A stretch of 56,188 nt of DNA, the filler included, from Streblomastix strix (Eukaryota), in NCBI GenBank assembly GCA_008636045.1. It is 3 parts of 3 records of this genome, joined end to end, with 100 filler letters (N's around TTAATTAATTAA, not from the genome) between each part and the next. Parts side by side here need not be neighbours in the genome. Positions count along the whole stretch, not along the records: positions 18,764 to 37,426 come from SNRW01000590.1; positions 37,527 to 56,188 come from SNRW01000591.1; 1 more part is not named here. One strand, 5' to 3'. The position numbers and the translations under genes are program-made. The notes beneath the pieces are model-generated. The model searched no databases, was not told the DNA's origin, and was given only the letters and a program-made list of their open reading frames with translations. Positions 29,657-40,856 of this stretch are shown one piece after another (within the stretch, counting starts at the first letter, position 1; the number at the start of each line of letters is the position of its first letter).

Positions 29657-30589
29657 ATGAAATCACGAGCAAAACCGTTTGGTAGGCTGCCATTCCTTCC
29701 CAGTATGATTCTAAGAACAAAAAAGCATGCAGGCCCACAATTTAGAGAGGAGGCAGGGGATGTCCTTGCTACACTCGTTGTTTATTTGAACAGAGATATA
29801 AAGAAAATTAATAGGTTATCGTCTGCCGTCAGTGCTCAAAAGTATGAAAATGATAAACATTTAGGTAATCAATATAGCGTAGTTGAATGTGATTTAGATA
29901 ATAATGTAGTCACTCCTGATAATGTAGTTAATTTTGATAAGAAAAAGAACGCAATTTATTCAGTCGATGATTATACAACAGCTGTAGGATTTGGCGACCT
30001 AGAACATCAACATAAAAGAAATTGGAAGAAAAAATATTATTCAGATATTAATGATTTAGAACGAGCTACATTGGCAGCAAAATTAAAATAATAAGGAATA
30101 AAAGGTGGCCCTTACATGAAATGGCTATCAATGACTACGCCGCATAAAGAGAGAACGATAAAGCTACATAGTTTCAGAGCATTCACCGTTGAAGCCAAAA
30201 AAATTCATAAACGCTAATGGAGGCGCATAATTGCCAATGGCTACCAAACAACAAATAATGGCATCTGTATGGAATTCAGTATTTATTACTCCAGCTGTAG
30301 AAATATTAGAAAAATAAGACGGAAAAATAGTCATATATAACAGAAGTAATAAAGTAAATATATAATATGGATAATTTGAATATTTACCACTTGCAAAAAG
30401 ATTGTATAAGAAAGAATTGCCTACCGCTATTGCTCAACTATATTCTACTTATGAATAGTTTAATAATAAGATTTGGATAAGCTCTTACGCTCGCTATGTA
30501 AATATTATTGTCAAATTCTAACATAGAGATAATAACGAATAGGTGGTTATGACTTAGCTAAATACAAGTTTGTTTAAAATAATCAATGA
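29657..30589 (+). pseudogene. Hypothetical Polinton gene (frameshifted)
   Basis: The 144-aa ORF in the track extends under TAR=Gln. No family recognised. Confidence 0.5.
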
Positions 30590-30846
30590 TTTCAATAATC
30601 GATTTATATTATTTATTTTTCATTAATAAATTGGTCATTTATCCAGTTGGCCACAGCTATTTATAAAAGTTTTTGACTCAATCCACCCAATCCACACGGT
30701 ACAATCAAAAGTCATTCATTAACAAAGCCATTTCTTCGTGCTAATTTCATAAAATGCATTGAAGCTTTGACTCAATCCAATCAACCCAGTCCAATTTATA
30801 AATCATTATATTTATGTAATTATTTTTTATTTATATTTTTTAATAA

Positions 30847-33800
30847 ATGGCAGATAAATAGTGATAAGACTCATAAAAACGACTCGCACCTCCGATTGTG
30901 CCTCCAATTGTGCCTACTACTCAAGAATTACCAGAGCTATTACCATTAAATTTACCACTTCATCAATCGCCCAGATAAACATAATAATAAATGACTTAAA
31001 TGTAAGAATATATAAGATGGGCGCAAGCACGCGATTATTAGCCAGTGCCATAATAATAAACAGAATAATAATAATAATAGGTTTTAATGTAGGACTATAT
31101 TACGTAAATGTAAGCACGGAATTATTAATTATCGCCTGAATTATAAATGGAACAACGACAATAATAATTGATATAAATGCAGTATTATATAACGTAAATG
31201 CAAGCACGGAATTACTAGCCATCACCTGAATTATCACATGAACTGCAACACGAACAAGGCTAAGCTCACGATGTGCGGAGGGAGGATTATCAATTGGATT
31301 TAAGGCCCAAAAAATTAACTCTAAATGTTATATGAGAATTAATGATTTTATATGACCCTGAAATATAATAGAAAATAAATGGTAATGAATTGAGGTCATA
31401 ATTTTCATAGATTTTTGATAAAATCGGTTTAAATCATGGTAGAAACAATAGAGATATAGTTAGAAATGCTATATTATAATCAGAACCATTTGCAAGACGC
31501 ATCAGATAAGACATTCAATAAGGCCTTCAAAACGAATAAATTATCGGTGATACTTACACTAAATAAGTTATGCAAGAATAGAATAACAAATAGCAAATGA
31601 ACGCTTAAGACGAATATAGCCAACAGCACAATTAATAATGGGAGCAAGTTATGGAAGATTAACGAGTCAGACATGCAAATTTATTAAAAGAAATTAAAGA
31701 ATAAAAAATAAACCTTAAATAAAAATAAAATGAGGATGTGTTTAAAAATGTTAAAGATGAAATAAAATTATTTAACGAAGAAAATGAGGGCAAGATTTTT
31801 AGGCCAATTGATGCTTTTAACGTCCTATAGAGTACGATTACGCTATGTGAGCCACAACTCGAGTAAAAATAAGAATGAAGAATTAATTTTGAGCGAAAAC
31901 ATATGTAAAATTAGCAAGTCAAATATATCCCATTCTATGTTCATACAATCAGCCTTACAAAAAAATATTACAAAAAATGATTTGAAAACGATTGAAGATG
32001 TTGATGCTTACTTATAAAAAAAATATTAACGAGAATAAAAATTCGCATTTAAAATTGCGTTTGATTTTGGAGTAGTTATTGAACGAGTCGATGGTTAAGA
32101 AAATGAATAAAAAATAACGTATAAAAATATTCATCCTCTTAAAGCTAGAACAGAGATGAGATCACCAACAACCATACGCACGCACTTAGATTTAGAAGAT
32201 TATAAAAGGTACATTAGAAATCATATTATTCAAATGTAAGAGAGAACCATTATGGACACCAAGGAGAAAATAATAGGTATATTTTCAATAATGATTCAAG
32301 TGTTTAGGCTTCTATATGCAAGAGCAGATGGTCGAACAATACCTTTATTAAAGAAGCATATTATGAGGCGATAGATTCGATATATTGATCCTGAAATAAA
32401 TAATTAAAATTTTTATTTCTTTCTAGCATATTCATTAATTTCAATACCAGGCATTAAGGCAGATGATTCAATGATTGCAAAGCGTTATAAGGAACATTCA
32501 CGTATTGCAGAAATAAAGTAATTATTTTAAAGAATTTATTGAAAAACAATTGATAATAAATATTAAGGATTTAATTTTCCAACAGAAGCAGATAAATTTA
32601 TTTAGAACGAAAATTTAAATATTAATGTGTTCACCTACGAAAAAAAAACAACGGCAACATCAATGATAAGTGGCAGTTATTATCTATGGAAATAATTTTG
32701 AAGAAACGAATAGAACTAATAAATAAAAAAATTTAATGTTCTTTTAATTAACCCATCTATTGAACAATTAACAGCTCACGTTTTTTATTTAAATGATGTT
32801 TATGCATTAACTGGTTTAAAATATTGTCCTATTTGTGGAGTGCAGGCTTATAAGACCAAATATTCAAATTTATAATCTAAGCTAAAAAGACACATTTATT
32901 AATGTTAAAAAAAATGGAGGAAAGATAGTAAAAAAGTATATTTTGAAAGATTTCCAAGACTTTACGTTCCTCATATATTGAATAATGTTCGCTATAAGTA
33001 TCTTCTGGCACATGGTCGAGAGGATAAATTTAAACCTACTAAATATTATTTAATATATAATATTGAAATCGTTGAAAGAATCGTTAATGAAAAATTCGGT
33101 GATAATTCAAATGAAATCTCAAAACTAGAACCATTATCAATTGCAAGTACAATAAAAATAAAAAAGAAAGTCGTTGAAGTTGATAATGTTGGTTCTGATA
33201 ACGGCTCCGTTTATTACATATATTTTATTTATTTTGATATACGAACCTTTAACTTCATTAAGGTATAGATTAAATAATTGTTTAAGGAAGCCAGAAAAGT
33301 TATTGATTCAAAAAAATATGAAGATGAGACGATACTATAGCATTATGAGGTACCAGTTATTGGCTTCAATTCTTCAAAGTTTGATGTTGCTCTAAATCCT
33401 TAAAAATTTATAAAGCGATGAATGGTAAATAATAAAATATATTGGTTATTGTTCAAACGCTAAATAAATCATTGTTAAACATAACATAACAGGAATCAAA
33501 TTGCGATTCATTGATGCGTTGATTTATTCTACGAAAATGAATTTGAAATAATTCTTAAAAGATTTCTCAACTAAATCAATGTAAAACATTCCAACAAAGT
33601 TAAAGTTTTCATACGAATTCATCAATTACGACAATTACAAAGAAATAATGAATAATCTTTAGCCATTTCCGATTTAAGCGTTTAAAATTACAATTAAAAA
33701 TAAAGAAATAAGTGAAGAGAAGTATTATAATTATTTGGCTGTTGCATAGCAATATTCGAATAGGTGGGATTATATTTGACACTACAACCTTGAAGATACA

Positions 33801-35916
33801 TGATTAATGAATCAGCAATTGGATTACTTAATTGATTTGTTCTTCAGTTATAAAATTGGTATGTTGCAGTTTATGTCGATGTCAGCATGCGCCAATACTA
33901 TCAAATATGCCCTTGCTTATAGCGACTTTAAATTGGATTAAGATTACACGCCAAAAGATGATTATGCATTATTCTTTCTTACATAAAATTATTGGAACAT
34001 TAAACTTTAAATTATTTTGAAAAAAAATGAAATATAGATACAAGCAACAACATCAAAGAATACGATTGTGCGTTCTACAGAAAATTATTTCTATCGACAG
34101 GATGCCATATCTGTAAGGCACGATTCACAAGCAAAATTCCGCCAACATTAGACAGAATTAACAACGACGGAGGTCATTCTGTAGATAAAATAAAAACGTG
34201 CTACTTATTCTGTAATAAATTTAAATAAAATAAAGATGAAAATTTAACCCGTTTAATAATACAATTAAAGAATTTTTTGACTGTTGAAGTCGCTTCTAAT
34301 GATAATAACTGATGAAAAAGTTTATCAAATTTTACGTTCTGGAATGATTGTTGGATTATCGTAAATCATGCATAGATATAGTGTTTCAGGTGAAACTAAA
34401 ATAAATTAATTAAAATATATTTATAGAAAAGTCATCAGTTGCTATGCCCAATATACTATGACCCATCTTTTAATACTTGATTTCAATTGTTAATATCCCA
34501 GCGTTATGAGCTCAGAGCCGCATAAGTTAATTAAATATACAGGAAATAAATTATACATGAAGGGACAAATATTGGATAAAATTACTGAAAAAATAAACTG
34601 CAAGAAATTTAATTTTTAATCCCCTGCGATTTAATGACGTTTGAGGAATGCCGTTATTTATCGCAGTTGTTAAAGGACGTATCGACGAATAACATATTAA
34701 CGATTTCATTAATTTTCTTCCGATATTAAGAAACATTGACATATTGACTGATTAAAAAACATTAAGTTCGTAAATGTATAATCTGCTGCTGAAAAATAAC
34801 ATGTAGCACGACAAAATTTAACGAAAATTAACAAATTTTCCATCGACGCATGGGTAGTTCATGTCGTTCAATAATTATTATTTATGGCTTTTCATTGATG
34901 ATTTTCATTTCATTATTGACGATATTTAATGTGTTATAACGTTCTCGAAGCATGACAGATTCAATCCATTTGTTAAAGAATTTATGAGTCAAAGAATATA
35001 GGCAATAAATGAAAAAAAATGATCGAAAAAATAATTCTATAAATAAGCTATGAACTCAAGCTATGGAATTGATGGGATGAATTAAGAAAAATATTCACAA
35101 ATGAAATTGTTAGGTTCTGATAGGACGTGGTTGTATCATCCCTAAGGTTCATTCATTAATGACCAATAATTAACAAAAGATTTAGTTGCTGTGGTATTTA
35201 ATGCTGAGAGCTGCAACTGCAACACCTGCCTCCATTCTGCTTATTTCGTGCTTGATAATAGCAAATATTGGTATATAAATTTTATCTATAATTTTATAGC
35301 CAAAGCTTTCGATATGAACAAGATGCACTATGTTTGTGGTGACACTGATTCGATGACATGGGCCATCAGCGGCAACCCAGAAGAGGATTACAGACAGAAG
35401 TTTAAATACGTATTCAAAGATTAATAGTTCTTCGATGAAAATTATCCCCTTTTCTTCGGTTAATATAAGCAACTGTTTGGAGTCAGTTATGAAGCAGAAG
35501 GAACAGCATGCATTTCTCTAGCACCAAAAATTCATTACATTTATAATCCCCTACCTAAAGAAAATGAAAAGGATTATAATTATTGTTTGAAAAAAATAAT
35601 TAAAAAATAAATTGTTCAATTGAACAATAAAGCATTCAAAAAATCATTATTGGGAGAATAAATTTATGCTCAAAATATTATCCTTGGTTAAAGAAATAAA
35701 TAATTGTCAAAAATATAAATAAATAAAGTTGGTTTAACATCAATTCATAATAAAATGGTTGTTCTTGAAAATTAATGCTGTGTTCCATTCCTATATATTA
35801 ATGGATAATAACTAAGTTCAGATAATTACATATTCTAGAAAAAATAACAACGAAAATATCAACAAAAACATCAATAAAACATCAACGAAATCTATGAAAT
35901 TGACACGAGAAATTGA
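30847..35916 (+). pseudogene. Protein-primed family B DNA polymerase (pPolB), element 1
   Basis: ExoI YNIEIV, ExoII VPVIGFNSSKFD, motif A LDFNCQYPSVM, motif B YKIAMNSSYG, motif C VCGDTDSM, and LAPK. HNH-like TLDRINNDGGHS insert and a Gln-rich repeated N-terminus. Multiple frameshifts. Confidence 0.9.
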
Positions 35917-36070
35917 TGTAGATAGTGAATGATTTTTGACTGCACTGAGTGCATCGAGTCAGAAACTTTCATAAAAGGCTGTGACCAACTGGACAATGGC
36001 CAGATTGTTAATTAATTTCATTAATGATTTAAACATAAATTATTTTATTTTTGTAAGAAATAAATATAAA

Positions 36071-37426
36071 ATGAAAATAGATTATATGAAGATATACTTT
36101 GGACTTTTGTTGGTGAATAATATCAAATAGATGAATATGAATTTGAATTATAATAAGATATTGATGATAAAACTTTTAAAGTTTAATATATATTGAATCT
36201 ACGAGAGTTTATAAAAAAATTTCTTTAAAATTACAAATAAGAAACACATTGATGTTATGATAGAAAAAGCAGATGAAATAATTATTAGAAAACGTACAGT
36301 GACGGATTGTAACTATTATTATAGTTCAGATTAATCTTAATATGAACTAACAAAAAAAACAATGACTAAAAAATTAACAATTGGATAAAGATGTTTAATC
36401 ATCCAGTCAATCATCCGTTGCTGATGACGAGGAAAATATGCCCTATTTTTTATATAAAACAAAATTACAATTGTTTGAAATATTCAATAAATAAAAATAT
36501 GCTAATAATCAATATATATCCATTAGAGATTATAAATTAAAACTATTATAAAGACTATAACGACCTTATTTCTCTCCAAAGTTTGGCAGTTGGGAAATAG
36601 ATATTGTCTTTTCTGTCGATTAAGTCTTGTAGGAAAATAATGATGAATATGTAGTTGCAATCTTTGAAGAAAATGAAATAAGAAAATATACAGGATGGCA
36701 ATAAATAAAAACAGGTACGTATCTATTTTGCATAAACATTAATACGAAATATTTAGTGGTATATCCATTGATTGATAAATCAGCCGCATAAGTAGTTGGA
36801 TGATTGCAAAAATTAATTAAAAATTATTACGTAAATAATATTCGTGGTGTTGGAGAGAAAGAATTTAATGGTTCTTATTTTAATTTATTTTGATCATTGA
36901 ATAAAATTAATTATTATTTCACTGATTCAAAATTCACAAATCATAATGGAGTTGTCGATTCAGTTATTCGTACAATAAGGAATGCATTTGGTTATAAATT
37001 TAATTAATTTTCAACGAATTAATAAATGTAAATAGTCGTTAGTATATACAATAGTACACCGCATCTAGCATTTCAAAATAATTATAGCTCATATTAAGTT
37101 CAATTATCAAGAGATTTAGAAGGATTGTATATACATTCATAAATGAAGAAATTAAAGCGATAATTAGCAAGACAACGATAACAGGGCATAGTATCATTTA
37201 AGGCTGGAAATATAATTCTAATCCATCTTGAATTCTAAAAACATAATAAAAATTTATGAAATAAAGGGAAAATTTCAATTAATTAGCGGAGTTTATTACA
37301 TATGTAAATGGTAATGTTTTATGCAGATTATTGAATCATTCTTATAAAATAAATATAATAAAAATACCTTCTTATTATTGTAAATATGTTAGTGAAAATA
37401 AGGAATCACTTCCAGAAAATTATGCT
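36071..37426 (+). pseudogene. Retroviral-type (rve) integrase, element 1, 3'-truncated
   Basis: RPYFSPKFGSWEIDIVF...YLFCININTKYLVVYP...NNIRGVGEKEF...HNGVVDSVIRTIRNAF...IYNSTPH. Internal TGAs. Confidence 0.85.
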
Positions 37427-37526
37427 NNNNNNNNNNNNNNNNNNNNNNNNNNNNNNNNNNNNNNNNNNNNTTAATTAATTAANNNNNNNNNNNNNNNNNN
37501 NNNNNNNNNNNNNNNNNNNNNNNNNN
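37427..37526. other. Artificial contig-concatenation linker
   Basis: 100-nt N run with central TTAATTAATTAA. Confidence 0.95.
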
Positions 37527-37626
37527 CAGTTATCCTTCTATAATAATAAATCCAAACTATTACCTTCCTAAACAATAATAAAGCCAAACTGTTACCTTCC
37601 TACAAAATAATAAAGCCAAACTATTA
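37527..37626 (+). repeat. ~33-bp tandem repeat (about 3 units) flanking the transposon
   Basis: AATAATAAA(G/T)CCAAACT(A/G)TTACCTTCCTA is repeated. Confidence 0.75.
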
Positions 37627-38120
37627 CAGTGGGAATAAATCAAACTTTCATACGAATAAATCAAAGTTTCAATCGAATAAATCAAAGTTTCATAGTTGCA
37701 CTTTTTTCAAAATTAAGAAAACTCACTTATATAATGTTATTAAACATCATATTACTATAACTTTTCAACTCAGGCATGTTCTCAAAATTTTCTTGGGTGA
37801 GGCGGTAAATCGACATTTAATGTATTTATAGAATATTAGAAATGTGGAATAATCAATATGATAAACAATTAAAGTTACAAAGATATAATTTATATTTAAA
37901 TATGATTCCATAATAAAAATTAAAAAATTTCTATGATTCATGAAGATATTCAACATTTAAATTTTCGAGTCCCTTAATACCAACATTTTTTTCAAAAAAA
38001 AATTATTTATCATAAATCGAATAAAAACATAAATGTTCAATTATATTTATTTATTTATATACTCTTTAAATAAAAATTTCTCTTTAAATGCAGTTCGTAG
38101 TAGAAATATTAAAATTAATT
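37627..38120 (+). repeat. Left terminal inverted repeat (~495 bp) with three subterminal GAATAAATCAAA(C/G)TTTC direct repeats
   Basis: Near-identical reverse complement of 43845-44338. It explains the twin 63-aa ORFs in the track. Confidence 0.93.
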
Positions 38121-38547
38121 TTAATTGATTTTTAATACTAGGTAAATGATCTAATAACTGTTTATTCATTGTTTTATATATTTTTATGCATTAAAATTAT
38201 TTTTTAAATAATATATAATCAATAAATTGAATTTTTAATAATTCAAAACTCGTTGATTTAAATTTCAATGAAAAATTCATTTTATTCCTTGACTTGGATA
38301 CCAATATTAATATATATTTTTTCAAACAAACAAATAAATTATTTTGTAATTAATTTTAATTAATTTGTTAATATTTATGTTATTGATTTTGATAAATGTT
38401 ATCTTATTAACTATTACAGTTTTCCTAGAATATTCTGTTTATTTCAATATTTTAATTAAAAATTAACAATTATTTATTTTGTTTAATACCATACAATTAT
38501 ATTATTATAACAAAATTATCATTATTAATAATTTATATTTATTTTAG

Positions 38548-39893
38548 GAGGGTTTTCTTTTGAGAATGAAAACAGACCAATTATCGCCATATCATTTGAT
38601 ATTATTGCAGCAATTGGTGTTGAAAAGAAATCTCAATTATTTATTGACTTTAAAACTAAACAAAGTAGTGTGTTGGTATATTCTAATATTATTTCTGTTT
38701 AATTCATTATTAGTATTTATTTCTTAAAAAATTATTAAACTGAATAGAGATGAACTTGTTTCAACGAAAATATATGTTTCTCCAACTGTACTCAATGATG
38801 GAGATGCTGCTGATGTATTATGAATATATATTATTCATCTATAATATTATATATTATATCAATTTATATTTTATATTATTTAATTTATTAAATTATATCA
38901 ATTATTATATTATAGTCTTTCAACCTTAAAGTTTAAAGACTTACAAAGATCATTTCATTAACGATCTCAGATGTTGCGCGTTTTGCTGATATGAATATTC
39001 TTGCTCCAAGGTATGAGCTATGATGATGAAGAAGAAATTTTATTATTCTATTTGTTTTCTATATACATACTTTATAATTATATAATTATATATATTAGAG
39101 GTCATCACGACATTGAGAAGGGTAAAGAAGTATTTGCTTTAAGAGGAAAGTTATATGACTACAAAATTATATATAAGACTACTACACATCTCACTTAATA
39201 CCAAAAGCATAAGGAAGTTTATTCTATGTGGTATTATATAATTAAATATACATTTATTAATATTAATTAAAAAAATATTACTTAAAGAAATAATTTAATT
39301 TTATTAATTATTTTACTCTCTTTTATTTTATTAATCAGCGTAAATCAATGATTTAGAAGGATGTTGAAGTAGTGGATGGTGACGACAGTGGATAAGATAA
39401 AAGTAAAAGGTATAAGTTTATTTTTATTTTATAAATCTGAAGAATAATTTTATTATTATATCAATATATGTAATTTAGACCAAGAAGAGAAAAAGCATAA
39501 TTAGCAGCAATGATTATTGCAAGAGAAGAAAGAGAAAGATACGCATGTATATCATTATTATTTTATAATAATTATTATGTTTAAAATTATATATTATATT
39601 AATTATATTATATATAAGAAGAAGAAAATTATAAAGAAGAAGGAGATGATGATTTTGTGGATGAAAGGGCAGATAAGATTGATAAAGGAAATGGTATCAG
39701 AAAGAAGAGAAAGTTGAGTGAAATATAGAATAAGAAGAAAAAAAATGAAGATGAAAGCTAAGATGAAAATAAGAAATCAATATTTGAAGAGGATGAAGAT
39801 TCAGAAGAAAGAGAGAAAGAAATAGAATTAAAATATGCAGAGGATGAGATCGATGAATAGTAGGATGAATTTGCTCAATTAAAAGAAGCTTGA
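38548..39893 (+). CDS. SSRP1/Pob3 (FACT small subunit)-derived multi-exon cargo gene with acidic/basic tail; 5' end unresolved
   Basis: Exons read FSFENENRPIIAISFD...KSQLFIDF, DELVSTKIYVSP, and VARFADMNILAPR|GHHDIEKGKEVFALRGKLYDYKIIY. These parallel Pob3/SSRP1 RPAFEIP...DELVEMRFY.P...FQDV..LTPRGRYDID...LRGKTYEYK. A D/E/K-rich tail follows. Confidence 0.7.
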
Positions 39894-40856
39894 GATGAAT
39901 ATAGTGAAAATAAATAGAAAGGAAGAGAAAGGATGAAGAAGGCTAAGTCTATTTTGAAGGATGATAGTAATGATGCTGAGTCAATCTATAATTCTCATTA
40001 ATTTTATGTAATTTTGAGGTAATTGATCTATTGAATAAGTTTTATTTTATATTATGTATAATATGTTAATAAATAAATCACATAATCATTACAATTTAAA
40101 ATTTTTCAGTGTTTTTTTTGATAGAAAAAGATATATAATAGCTTTTTACAACAAATAGTCAATTATTAACATTTTTGCGATATAATTTTATATCAAATGG
40201 GCTAATTATAATTATTTTCTTTGTTATATTTATAAAAAACCAAACAATTATGTTGAATGCATTTTATTGTCAAATTCACGTTTTTCACTTCTAAACGAAA
40301 CTATTATATTTATTAAACAATCATTTTTTATAGAAACATTTTATATAAATGTAACTTTATAACGAATGATAGCAAATTATTCTTTATTATATCACAAATC
40401 ATGCAACAAATATAATCTTGATATTTTTTATGAAGAAATAGTATAATATTTATTATTTTTTTGTATATTGCAACAATTTATTGATATATATCATTTATTA
40501 TCAAAAATTCTCAATATTGTTTTAACGATGAAAAATACATAAAAATGTTTAATATAATCATAGATATAACTTTCTATTATTTATTTATATGTTTTTATTA
40601 TTTTAAGTTAGATTTCTTATTATTTGCAACATTGTTTTCTTCACAATACAAGAGTGGATCTTTCAATACGGCATGAAATTTTTTTTCTGTATCCTTTTTC
40701 CATTTTAAACTTAGATTTTTTGTTTATTTTTTATTTATGAGTTCATTATAATAAAGTAAAATATAAGAATTGATGATATTAACTCTATTAAACTAAACAG
40801 AAATAAAATAATACTTTAATACAATTAATAAAATCAAAATTAAATATCACAATCAC

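Larger units (their letters stand above)
22210..37426 (+). mobile_element. Decayed Polinton/Maverick-type endogenous virus, element 1 (truncated at the contig end)
   Basis: Intronless gene cluster with pPolB, rve integrase, A32-like ATPase, KilA-N and putative capsid genes. Many frameshifts and in-frame TGAs. The left end shares a block with 1090-1490 and 44830-45100. Confidence 0.85.

Noticed and set aside
37765..37956. Twin 63-aa ORFs (also 44009-44200) as a duplicated gene
   Set aside because: They are by-products of the inverted repeats, point outward and show no recognisable protein features.
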